Below, piece by piece: positions 10,222 to 19,499 of a stretch of DNA of 44,150 nucleotides. The notes below the pieces were generated by a model. The model did no database searches. It worked only from the letters and a program-made list of their open reading frames with translations, and was not told the origin of the DNA. Position 1 is the stretch's first letter. Every line of letters starts with the position of its first letter. The translations under genes and the position numbers were made by a program. The stretch is from Candidatus Thorarchaeota archaeon (GTDB lineage Archaea; Asgardarchaeota; Thorarchaeia; Thorarchaeales; Thorarchaeaceae). The stretch is from the NCBI GenBank assembly GCA_048882325.1, contig JBHLRS010000026.1, positions 1 to 44,150 on the forward strand, written 5' to 3'.

Positions 10222-12027
10222 ATGATGGAACAACCCAATATGAAAAGACAAGTACGTCTCTACACATTAGGAGCACTCATTGGCGTTGTTTCAGGAATCA
10301 CAGCAGTGGCATTCAGACTGTTGATTCTTGGTATAAGTCTGCTATTTACAATCATTCCGGAAGCACTAGGTCCTATTGGGTGGATAGTTCTTCCAATCAT
10401 AGGTGGCTTGATTGTTGGATTTATTGTTGTCAGATACGCACCTGAAGCGAAGGGTCATGGCGTTCCAGAAGTAATAGAAGCCTATGCCCTACATGAAGGC
10501 GAGATTCGATTTCGTGTACCTCTACTCAAGAGTTTAGCATCTGCAATCTCTATAGGATCAGGAGGGTCATGCGGTCGTGAGGGTCCTATTGCACAAATAG
10601 GAGCTGGAGCCGGTTCTGCTGTTGCAACATTCTTTAATCTTGATAAAAGGGAAAGAAAGACACTTCTCGTGTGTGGCCTTTCAGCAGGAATAGCATCAAC
10701 CTTCAATGCTCCACTGGGTGGTGCTCTTTTTGGAATTGAAGTCTTGGCTGGAGGCATTATTGGATTCTCAATTCTGCCAGTCATTCTTGCATCAGTTGTT
10801 GCTGTTGCATTAGCCGACTCGATACTTGGAACAGCTGTTTCATTTCAGGCACCCCTTTTTTCATTGGGGCATCCACTTCAGCTTGTGTTTTACCTAATTC
10901 TGGGAATCACAATTGGTTTAGTTAGTGTCATCTGGATGAGAGGTTTCTACTTTATAGAGGATGTTCTTGAAAAAATTCGAGTTTCAAAATATATTCTTCC
11001 TGCAATCGGAGGCCTACTTACAGGACTTCTTGCGATAGGAACCATCTACTTTGAGAATGTATTTGCATATTCAGGAAAGTTCGCCATCAATGAACCATAT
11101 TATCCAGCGATTATGGGAGTTGGCTATGCATTTATCGACGCGACGCTTGTTGGCGAAGTAATGCTTGGGGCTCTTTTCATCTTCGGTCTTCTAAAGCTTC
11201 TTGCCACAGGGTTTACTCTAGGTTCGGGAGGTTCTGGTGGTGTTTTTGCGCCATCCCTTTTCATTGGAGCGTCTGTTGGTGGATCACTTGGGTTGATTTT
11301 CGAGACGCTGATACCATGGGCTGACTCAGAACCTATGGCGTTTGCACTGGTTGGCATGGCTGCACTTTTTGCAGGAGCCGGACGTGCGCCAATCACCTGC
11401 ATTGTAATGCTAATGGAGATGACAGCTGACTATTCACTAATCCTGCCTTTGATGATAGCAGTGTCCGCATCATTCTTGGTTTCTTCACTCATTGAGCCCG
11501 AAAGCATCTACACAATGAAATTGTCGAGGAGAGGAGTGAAGATTCAGAGTGGGATTCATATCTCAGCACTCAGAACGATACACGCAAGTGAAGTGATGAC
11601 GAAAGATCCAACGATCCTGAGTCCAAATATGACCACAACTGAAGTGTTTGAGATCATCGATAAGACTCATCATACAAAGTTCCCAGTCATAGATGACTTT
11701 GGTAATGTCATAGGAATAATGATTGCCGAGGACCTTTTCCATGAGCCAAAGGAGGATGGGACTGAGTACAGAGTCAGAGAGCTCATGAATCCAGACTTCC
11801 TTCATCTTGCACCTGGATGTACAATGGATAGTGCGCTTCAGGCTATGATCAAACGAGATGAAGGACATGCAGTAATTGTTGATTCTGACAATCCCCACAG
11901 TATGATTGGGTACATAACAAAAGCTGATGTACTCAAGGCCTACGAGATTGCAATCTTCAGGCTTCAAAAGTCAGGTGTGGATGTTGAAGATATCAGTCCT
12001 GCAGAAATCATTGACATTGGTGATTAG
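10222..12027 (+). CDS. CLC family chloride channel/transporter with C-terminal CBS pair
   Basis: GHGVPE, GREGP, FNAPLGG, GGVFAPSL and SIY motifs, plus two CBS-like domains. Confidence 0.92.
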   Translation: MMEQPNMKRQVRLYTLGALIGVVSGITAVAFRLLILGISLLFTIIPEALGPIGWIVLPIIGGLIVGFIVVRYAPEAKGHGVPEVIEAYALHEGEIRFRVPLLKSLASAISIGSGGSCGREGPIAQIGAGAGSAVATFFNLDKRERKTLLVCGLSAGIASTFNAPLGGALFGIEVLAGGIIGFSILPVILASVVAVALADSILGTAVSFQAPLFSLGHPLQLVFYLILGITIGLVSVIWMRGFYFIEDVLEKIRVSKYILPAIGGLLTGLLAIGTIYFENVFAYSGKFAINEPYYPAIMGVGYAFIDATLVGEVMLGALFIFGLLKLLATGFTLGSGGSGGVFAPSLFIGASVGGSLGLIFETLIPWADSEPMAFALVGMAALFAGAGRAPITCIVMLMEMTADYSLILPLMIAVSASFLVSSLIEPESIYTMKLSRRGVKIQSGIHISALRTIHASEVMTKDPTILSPNMTTTEVFEIIDKTHHTKFPVIDDFGNVIGIMIAEDLFHEPKEDGTEYRVRELMNPDFLHLAPGCTMDSALQAMIKRDEGHAVIVDSDNPHSMIGYITKADVLKAYEIAIFRLQKSGVDVEDISPAEIIDIGD

Positions 12028-12083
12028 ATACCATAATTGCGATTGGTAGAATTCTTTATGTTGAATGCATCTTAGGTTGCAGT

Positions 12084-13178
12084 ATGGTCGACATCAGCGT
12101 CAAGTTTGCAGGACTGAAACTCAAGAACCCAGTCATGACTGCAGCAGGTCCAACCTCAAGAGACGGAATGACCCTACTGAATGCTGCAGCAGGAGGTGTA
12201 GGTGGTCTTGTTGCCAAGACCGTCAGCACCAGACCTGCAGAGGTTCCAAGACCCAATATGGCCGCTCTCAAAGAAGGGAGAGTCGGCTCTCGAAGAGGAA
12301 TATTGAATACAGAACTCTGGAGTGAACTACCTGTCGAACAGTGGCTTGAGAAAGAGTATGCAATTGCCCTAAGTTCTGGTCTACCACTGATTGCTAGTGT
12401 GGGATATACTCCGGAAGAAGTTTCCGAACTTGGTCCGAAACTTGAGGCAGCTGGGGTCCATGCAATCGAATTCAGCACTCATTACGTTGGAGGGCACACA
12501 GACATTGCAAAGGCACTCAAAGAAGTAGTCGAGATACCAATCTTTGCAAAGATCAGCCCTAAGGTGGATGTTGCAGAGGTTGCCAAACAGCTTGAGCCTC
12601 ATGTCGATGGGATAGTGGGGATTAACACCTTTGGTCCGTGCTTGAGAATAGATATCGAAACTGGCAAACCTATGCTAGGCAGTAGTGACGGATTTGGATG
12701 GATGAGTGGCATGGCATTAAAGCCAATTGCTCTCAGGTGCATTGCGGACATTGCTAGAGCAGTCAAGATACCTGTCATTGGGGTTGGGGGTGTGTCTGGA
12801 GGAGAAGATGTTATTGAGTTCACCATGGTGGGAGCCTCAGCAGTTGAAGTCTGTACTGCTTCAATCTTGGAAGGGCATAGTGTGTATGGGAAGATTGCCG
12901 TAGAAACTGCAGACTGGTTGAAAGATCATGGGTACGACGCACTTGAGGACGTCAGAGGTATCGCACTACGTCACATGGATGGTAGTGCCACACTGACACC
13001 GCCGCCTGCTGTAGATATGGAGAAATGTACTCTATGTGGCCTGTGTCCCAAGTCTTGCGTGTATGGAGCGATCACTGTAGACAAGAAGAGAGACCTCTTT
13101 GAGATTGACAAGAGGTTGTGTGAGGCTTGTGGCATGTGTATCTCAGTCTGTCCCTATCATGCATTGAGTGCAGATTAG
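12084..13178 (+). CDS. Dihydroorotate/dihydropyrimidine dehydrogenase (PreA-like) FMN barrel with C-terminal 2x[4Fe-4S] ferredoxin
   Basis: LKNPVMTAAGP, AKT, GINT, GWMSG, PVIGVGGV, GASAVEVCT, then CTLCGLCPKSC and CEACGMCISVCP. The canonical NxSCP loop is absent. Confidence 0.82.
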   Translation: MVDISVKFAGLKLKNPVMTAAGPTSRDGMTLLNAAAGGVGGLVAKTVSTRPAEVPRPNMAALKEGRVGSRRGILNTELWSELPVEQWLEKEYAIALSSGLPLIASVGYTPEEVSELGPKLEAAGVHAIEFSTHYVGGHTDIAKALKEVVEIPIFAKISPKVDVAEVAKQLEPHVDGIVGINTFGPCLRIDIETGKPMLGSSDGFGWMSGMALKPIALRCIADIARAVKIPVIGVGGVSGGEDVIEFTMVGASAVEVCTASILEGHSVYGKIAVETADWLKDHGYDALEDVRGIALRHMDGSATLTPPPAVDMEKCTLCGLCPKSCVYGAITVDKKRDLFEIDKRLCEACGMCISVCPYHALSAD

Positions 13179-14380
13179 ACCCAGAGCATTGTGTCTAGGT
13201 TCTTGGTCAGGAGGTCAGCCTTTCCCTTTGTGACTGCATAGTCATTCTCTATCCTGACACCACCAATATCCTTGAGATACACCCCCGGTTCGATCGCCAT
13301 GATGTGTCCGACTGCAAAGTTGTCTTCGCGTTTGTACATACTTGGTTGTTCATGCACCTCAAGCCCTATTCCATGTCCCAGACCATGGGTCATTCCATCT
13401 ATTGCATCAGGATTTAACCGCCGGGAGTCGAAACCATGCTTTTTCAGCGTGTTGAAGCACGCAAGGTTCACATCATCAATTATTGCACAATCTGTGAGCG
13501 CTTCCACAGCGGCATCAGCTGCTGCTTGAACTGCCTCAAACATCTCTTTCACTTTTTGAGAGGGGGCTCCTTTCACAATTGTTCTGGTGACATCAGCGAC
13601 GTATCGTTCCTGCTTCAGTCGTGGATACACATCCAAGATGATTGGAGTATCAGACTTTAATTCGTCCTCAGCATTCCCAAGATAATGCCAGTCAAACGCC
13701 TTCTCGCCAACTGCAAGGATTGTGTCCTCTGCTGATTCTGCGTTCTTGTCCAGAAGAAAGTGTTCGAGAGCGAGCTTAACGAAACCCACTGTAAGGGGTT
13801 TGCCTTGGTACATGAGTGTCTTGTTAGCACCAATATCTGAGTTCTTGATCATTTCAATGACTCTCTTGATGGCTCCAACTGTGGCATCACCTGCCTTCTT
13901 AATTATCTTGATCTCATCAGAACTCTTCGTCGCCCTTGCATCGGGAATTAGGTCTTCAACAACCTTGACATCATACTTTAGTTTCTGTAAGATAACCAAC
14001 ACACTTGCAGGTATCTCATCTGGAACACCGAGAACCTTCCCGGTGAAGTTGTCACTAAGCATGGGACCAATGAGTGTATCTCTATGGTCCATGATTCGCT
14101 TATTTTCTTTCAGAAGTTGGACAATGAGATCACTCAAATCGTATGTATTCTTCAAAAAACTCTCTTTCTTCACGCGATCTAACGTGTTGAAGGGAGCACC
14201 GATGATACCTTGTTCACCCTTATTCCGAAGATAATAGATATTGTCACCGGACCGGAATCCAGTCAACCATAGAAGATTAGGAGAGTCAAACGGACTACCA
14301 TAGGAAAATAGTCCATCAATCTCATACTTTTCCATGAGGGCATCCATATCGTTTCGCATGACATTCGCCTTACTAGACAT
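13175..14380 (-). CDS. M24 family Xaa-Pro peptidase
   Basis: Metal ligands intact: LDV, ADVTRT, HGLGHGIGLEVHE, IEPG, GVRIEND. Confidence 0.9.
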   Translation of the reverse strand: MSSKANVMRNDMDALMEKYEIDGLFSYGSPFDSPNLLWLTGFRSGDNIYYLRNKGEQGIIGAPFNTLDRVKKESFLKNTYDLSDLIVQLLKENKRIMDHRDTLIGPMLSDNFTGKVLGVPDEIPASVLVILQKLKYDVKVVEDLIPDARATKSSDEIKIIKKAGDATVGAIKRVIEMIKNSDIGANKTLMYQGKPLTVGFVKLALEHFLLDKNAESAEDTILAVGEKAFDWHYLGNAEDELKSDTPIILDVYPRLKQERYVADVTRTIVKGAPSQKVKEMFEAVQAAADAAVEALTDCAIIDDVNLACFNTLKKHGFDSRRLNPDAIDGMTHGLGHGIGLEVHEQPSMYKREDNFAVGHIMAIEPGVYLKDIGGVRIENDYAVTKGKADLLTKNLDTMLWV

Positions 14381-14413
14381 CGGAGGAAAGATTGTTTGTT
14401 AAAAAGCTTCTAT

Positions 14414-15310
14414 TCATGCCTGAAGATAGGAATGCATCCGAGTTTCAATCATAATTCGATCAGGCAGGTTGTAAGGACCAAAAGACTCCACATTGAAGGA
14501 GGAGCATGTTGCCGCAAACAGTCCAGCTCGCGTGACATTCGCAGTTCGCATGTACTCGAGCAGAAACCCTATGGCGTACGTGTCTCCACAACCGGTTGAG
14601 TCTACTTGGGACTCTGCTAAGACAAGTGGTATGTCTACCTGTGCATCACGTGTGTAGATGGTGGATCCTCTATAGTCACGGGTAACTATCACAATCCTAG
14701 GTCCAAGGTCCAAGATATGTGAGACTGTTGATAGTTCAGACTCATATCCTCTAATAATCTGCAGTTCAGAGTCATGAAGTTTGACCACATCCACGAGTCT
14801 GAGTATCTCCTCACTCAGCTCCCACTTCTTAGTCTTCACAAGATTGTTTCTGGAAATTGACCTCAGATATCCCTGCACATCCAGTGAAACCAATGCACCT
14901 TCCTCGCGTGCAGCATGATAACATGCCCTGTCAATCTCATTGTCTGTCAACGGCGAAAAGTGAATGATGTTTGACTCAAAATGAGTGCCTGTGAAGTCAG
15001 ACTCCTTGATCTGTGGTGCGATTGCTTCTACCCTTTGCGTGCGCTCGCCCTCTGCATTATACTCATTGACAAAACGTGTTGTGTGGTCACCCTGATAGTG
15101 AAGTCCTGAGAGATTAAGACCAGAACTTATCAAGTCAATTTTGTATGATTCATCAAAGTCAGAGCCAACCTTAGAAACGACCCCCGCCCCAAAGGCACCG
15201 ATTGCAGGAGCCAACATCGCGTAAGCTGGGGCACCCCCAAGTGTTTCCCTTCTGGCTTCAGGCGTGACTATCAGGTCTCTACTGAGGTGTCCAACCACTA
15301 CGAGCTCCAT
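14414..15310 (-). CDS. PfkB/ribokinase family kinase
   Basis: LGGAPAY, VGSDF, SLDVQG and anion-hole DSTGCGD. Start placed at ATG 15310 (MELVVVG). Confidence 0.88.
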   Translation of the reverse strand: MELVVVGHLSRDLIVTPEARRETLGGAPAYAMLAPAIGAFGAGVVSKVGSDFDESYKIDLISSGLNLSGLHYQGDHTTRFVNEYNAEGERTQRVEAIAPQIKESDFTGTHFESNIIHFSPLTDNEIDRACYHAAREEGALVSLDVQGYLRSISRNNLVKTKKWELSEEILRLVDVVKLHDSELQIIRGYESELSTVSHILDLGPRIVIVTRDYRGSTIYTRDAQVDIPLVLAESQVDSTGCGDTYAIGFLLEYMRTANVTRAGLFAATCSSFNVESFGPYNLPDRIMIETRMHSYLQA

Positions 15311-15375
15311 TCTGCATCTGTTGACACACACACCTGCTCAGTCCTATAACTCCTGTGTTTTAGAAGGACAGAAGG

Positions 15376-15391
15376 CAACGGTTTTAATCTC
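15376..15391 (+). promoter_or_regulatory. Putative BRE/TATA promoter of the moaD-amidohydrolase-AOR operon
   Basis: CAACGGTTTTAATCTC, 15/16 identical to 35287-35302. Confidence 0.5.
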
Positions 15392-15423
15392 ACAATCTAT
15401 CTCGGTATATTGGATGTGATATC

Positions 15424-15705
15424 TTGGCACAGGTCTTAGTGAAGTTCTTTGCTACTGTGAGAGAGGTTACAGGAGTCAAGAGTATAGAACTACAAGCAGA
15501 AAACATCAGAGAACTTCTTGACATATTGGTACAGACATACGGAGCCAAGTTCAAAGACACTGTACTCGACAATGATACTGGACAACTCAAGCAGTTCTTC
15601 TCGTGCATGATCAATGGCAAACGTATCGAACTACTCGATGGATATGAAACCGTACTGAAAGACAATGACGCAATAGCTCTATTCCCGCCTGTCGGAGGGG
15701 GATGA
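15424..15705 (+). CDS. MoaD/SAMP1-like ubiquitin-like sulfur carrier
   Basis: VKFFATVRE start, INGK, C-terminal FPPVGGG. Confidence 0.92.
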   Translation: MAQVLVKFFATVREVTGVKSIELQAENIRELLDILVQTYGAKFKDTVLDNDTGQLKQFFSCMINGKRIELLDGYETVLKDNDAIALFPPVGGG

Positions 15706-17112
15706 ATGAGCAGTACCCTCACGTCAACCTTCAGGAAACAGACGAGAGGGCCTGTTGACCTAGTTGTCAAAAACGCCAAGTTACTTCTAGAGTCTGGAAT
15801 TATTCGAGGCGGGATCGGTGTTGTGGACGGGAAGATCGTTGTAATCGCCAGCGATGAACACCTTCCTGAGGCTGGTACTGTGATTGATGCAGAGGGCAAT
15901 ATCATGATGCCCGGACTGATTGATGCGCATGCTCACATTCACGATCCCACCATGCAGGAACATGAAACCTTCATCACAGGGTCAAAAGCAGCCGTAGCTG
16001 GAGGGGTGACTACTTTTGTAGACATGCCACTCATGAGTCAGGTTGATACAGTGAAGGTGGTAGAGGAGAAAATCGCACAGGGAGAAGAGATGAGTGTTGC
16101 AGATTTCACATTCTATGCTGGAATGATGAACTCAGAAAATTACGTAGCAGTGCCACTTCTGGTTGAAAAAGGTGTGGCAGCTTTTAAAGCATTCACCTGT
16201 GAACCATATCAGACCAGTAATGGCGTCCTATTAAGGTGCCTGAGTGCGATATCTGAATATGGAGGTCATCTCACAGTTCATGCTGAAGACCAGGGAGTCC
16301 TAGATGAGTTTTCAAATGAGATGGCAGATGACTGGGATGCGCCTATCAGTCACTCTCTCGCAAGACCTAATGTTGCTGAGCAATTAGCAATACAACAGAG
16401 CATCAACATTGCAAAAGAAACCGGGGGACATCTCCACATTGCTCATGTCACTACCAGAGAAGGAGTACGTGAAGTGGAGAGAGGCAGACTACGAGGCGTG
16501 ATGGTCACTACGGAGGTGTGCCCGCATCATCTTATGTTCTATCGAGATGAGATGAATCGTCTAGGCACTAAGAGCAAGATGAACCCACCTCTCAGAGCAA
16601 GAGAGGACCGAGCTGCACTTTGGTCTGCATTACTCCGTGGAGCAATTGATGTTGTTGTGAGTGATCATGCTCCATGTCCAATAGAGATGAAAGAAGAAGG
16701 TGCTGATGATATCCGTAATGCGTGGTCAGGAGTTGATGGGATTCAGATAATTCTCAGAGTGCTTCTTTCTGAGGGTATCAACAAAGCTCGCCTATCATAT
16801 GCGAAACTCCTTCGTGTGTGTTCTCGAAATCCTGCAAGAATATTTGGCCTTTATCCCAAGAAGGGTGTCCTAGCCATCGGAGCAGACGCAGACTTTGTAA
16901 TAATTGATCCAAACAAGGAAGAAAAGATTACAGCGGACCTGATGGAGTCAAAGTGCGGATGGACACTCTATGAGGGAATTACCATGAAAGGAACGCCTGT
17001 AAAGACCTTTATCAGGGGCATAGAAGCGTACAATGAGGGCAACGTGACTCTAAAACCGGGCCATGGAATGTTCCAAGCTATGGGTAGTGGAGATAGACCG
17101 ATAGGAGATTGA
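15706..17112 (+). CDS. Cyclic amidohydrolase (allantoinase/dihydropyrimidinase/dihydroorotase family)
   Basis: PGLIDAHAH, AVAGGVTT, carbamylated-Lys site AFKAF, VHAED, HIAHV, EVCPHHL, KMNPPLR, SDHAP. Confidence 0.88.
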   Translation: MSSTLTSTFRKQTRGPVDLVVKNAKLLLESGIIRGGIGVVDGKIVVIASDEHLPEAGTVIDAEGNIMMPGLIDAHAHIHDPTMQEHETFITGSKAAVAGGVTTFVDMPLMSQVDTVKVVEEKIAQGEEMSVADFTFYAGMMNSENYVAVPLLVEKGVAAFKAFTCEPYQTSNGVLLRCLSAISEYGGHLTVHAEDQGVLDEFSNEMADDWDAPISHSLARPNVAEQLAIQQSINIAKETGGHLHIAHVTTREGVREVERGRLRGVMVTTEVCPHHLMFYRDEMNRLGTKSKMNPPLRAREDRAALWSALLRGAIDVVVSDHAPCPIEMKEEGADDIRNAWSGVDGIQIILRVLLSEGINKARLSYAKLLRVCSRNPARIFGLYPKKGVLAIGADADFVIIDPNKEEKITADLMESKCGWTLYEGITMKGTPVKTFIRGIEAYNEGNVTLKPGHGMFQAMGSGDRPIGD

Positions 17113-17115
17113 CCC

Positions 17116-17610
17116 TTGACCGAACTCAAATTTGTATTTGGTGACCCACGAGTTTGCTCGGGGTGTATGACCTGCACGAACACTTGTAGTATGTTCTATT
17201 ACAAAGTGATCAGCCCTGCTCGTGCAAGAAACCGAGTTGTAAGAATTGAACCTGCACTAGATTTTCCTCTCTTTTGTAGAAATTGTGAAGATGCTCCATG
17301 CATGACATCCTGTCCGGAACAGGCCCTATCACGAACATCAAAGGGAGTAGTGATTGTTAACAACAAGAAGTGTGTGAGTCACGGAGAATGTGTTAAGGCA
17401 TGTCCTTACTATGCAATCAGAATTCATCCAGACACTGGGAAGGCGTTCAAGTGTATACAGTGCGGCCAATGCGTGAAACGATGTCCTGCGGATGCCATAT
17501 TCCTGACGACTGAAGCAGAGCTGGAGAATAGGGACAAAGACGGTAGTATGAGAGCGTTTTACGAGCAATACAAGGAAGAGATCTATGATAAGAAGGAGGA
17601 ATCACTATGA
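17116..17610 (+). CDS. Polyferredoxin (DmsB/HydN-type) subunit of AOR
   Basis: CSGCMTCTNTC, CRNCEDAPCMTSCP, CVSHGECVKACP (His replaces one Cys), CIQCGQCVKRCP. Confidence 0.88.
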   Translation: MTELKFVFGDPRVCSGCMTCTNTCSMFYYKVISPARARNRVVRIEPALDFPLFCRNCEDAPCMTSCPEQALSRTSKGVVIVNNKKCVSHGECVKACPYYAIRIHPDTGKAFKCIQCGQCVKRCPADAIFLTTEAELENRDKDGSMRAFYEQYKEEIYDKKEESL

Positions 17611-19499
17611 TCTTCGGAGTAGGTGGACATATCCTCAGGGTTGACCTGACAAAGGGATTGGTTGAGAAACGACCTCTGGACGAAGAGATGATTAAAAACT
17701 ACCTACTCGGAGCAGGTTATCTTTCTCGGATCTTATTCGACAACATCCCAGTAGGAATCGATCCTCTCAGCGATAAGAACGTCCTAGGAATTGCCACCGG
17801 TCTGCTTACAGGTTCTATGTTTCCCCAAGCTTCAAGACACGTCGTTGCAGGCCTCTCACCTCTAACAGACATATGGGGAGAGAGTCATGCTGCAGGTTTC
17901 TTTGGTGCAGAGCTGAAATTTGCTGGATATGATGCCATAATATTCACTGGAGCATCTTCAGAGCCAGTATATCTAGACATAAAGGACAAGGAAGTGAATC
18001 TCCTAGATGCTGAGGCTGCAGGAATCTGGGGGAAGGATGTCTTTGAAACAGATGACATCCTGAAGGAAAAACATGGCAAACGAATCAGGACCCTGTCTAT
18101 TGGGCAAGCAGGAGAGAACCTGGTGAGATTTGCAGCAGTGATGAATGACCGAGACCGAGCCTCAGCCCGATCGGGGCTAGGAGCTGTCATGGGATCGAAG
18201 AAGTTGAAGGGTGTTTGTGTACGAGGCACTGGAAAGCTCGAAGTTGCTGATCCGAAGAACTACTTGAAGGAGATTGATGTACTACACAAACGTATGATGG
18301 CAAATCCATTTACACCAGGTCGAATCAAGTATGGGACCACCAGTCTTGTGGAACTGATGCAGCACATTGGACGATTACCCAGCTATAACATGAAACAGGG
18401 TGTCTTTGATGGATTCGAGAAGATAAGTGGCGATGCCATCAATCAACAGTATCTCGTGAAGGCGAGAGCAGACTTTGCATGCTTACAACGATGTGGACGC
18501 TATACTGCTGTAAGAACAGGGCCATATGCCTATGAAGGTGGAGCCCCTGAATTTGAAACCCAATCATCCATGGGCTCAAGATGCGGAAATGATAATCTTG
18601 AGTCAGTCCTGTTTGGCCATCATCTTGCCAACCAATATGGAATGGACACCATCTCGCTTGGAGCTACAATCTCGTGGGCAATGGAAGCCTGGGATGAGAA
18701 ACTCCTGACTGCCGAGGACACAGGTGGAATTGATCTCAGCTGGGGCAACCATGAAACTGTGGTGAACCTAACTCGAATGATTGCTTTTCGAGAGGGTTTT
18801 GGAGATATTCTTGCTGAAGGTAGCGCGAGAGCGGCAGAAAGGATTGGAAGAGGTACTGAGAAGTTTGTGATGGCTGTGAAGAAGCAAGAGATAGCTGGAC
18901 AAGAGCCTCGGGCTCAGAAGTCAATGGGGCTTGCAGCAGTCACAGCAGCACGTGGTGCCGACCATCTCTACTCATTCCCTGTCCTTGATGAAGCAGGATT
19001 TGATGAGGAGATAAGAGAACGGTTCGGTGAGGAATACCTCCCTGAGATGGCGGAACGGTTGAATCCAAAGTACAAGGGCATAATGGTCAAGGAGTGTGAG
19101 GACTTTATGGTAATGGTGGAGAGTGTGGGACTCTGCAAATATGGGACTCAGATACCTCCAGAGTTCTTCTATGATGACATAGCTCTTGCTTTGAGAATTC
19201 ATAACGGAATTGATGTTAATCGAGAGGACCTGCAGAAGATAGGAGAGCGCATCGTCAATCTCAATCGGTTGTTCAATGCACGACTTGGGATTACAAGAAA
19301 GGACGACTGCCTTCCAGAAAGACTCACGAAGGAGAAGGCACCTCTCGGACCCTCAGCTGGTGAAGTTGTCGAGATTGATATGATGCTTAATGAATACTAT
19401 CAAGAGCGTGGATGGGATCAGAATACCGGATTACCAACTAAAGAGACCCTCATGAAACTGGGGTTGCTTGAGGATGGTAGGAGTGCTGGTGTGCTGTAG
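17607..19499 (+). CDS. Tungsten aldehyde:ferredoxin oxidoreductase (AOR/WOR) family protein 2
   Basis: SPLT, GQAGEN, GLGAVMGSKKLK, PEFE, GMDTIS, RGADHL, LCKY. Cluster motif DFACLQRC. Confidence 0.93.
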   Translation: MIFGVGGHILRVDLTKGLVEKRPLDEEMIKNYLLGAGYLSRILFDNIPVGIDPLSDKNVLGIATGLLTGSMFPQASRHVVAGLSPLTDIWGESHAAGFFGAELKFAGYDAIIFTGASSEPVYLDIKDKEVNLLDAEAAGIWGKDVFETDDILKEKHGKRIRTLSIGQAGENLVRFAAVMNDRDRASARSGLGAVMGSKKLKGVCVRGTGKLEVADPKNYLKEIDVLHKRMMANPFTPGRIKYGTTSLVELMQHIGRLPSYNMKQGVFDGFEKISGDAINQQYLVKARADFACLQRCGRYTAVRTGPYAYEGGAPEFETQSSMGSRCGNDNLESVLFGHHLANQYGMDTISLGATISWAMEAWDEKLLTAEDTGGIDLSWGNHETVVNLTRMIAFREGFGDILAEGSARAAERIGRGTEKFVMAVKKQEIAGQEPRAQKSMGLAAVTAARGADHLYSFPVLDEAGFDEEIRERFGEEYLPEMAERLNPKYKGIMVKECEDFMVMVESVGLCKYGTQIPPEFFYDDIALALRIHNGIDVNREDLQKIGERIVNLNRLFNARLGITRKDDCLPERLTKEKAPLGPSAGEVVEIDMMLNEYYQERGWDQNTGLPTKETLMKLGLLEDGRSAGVL

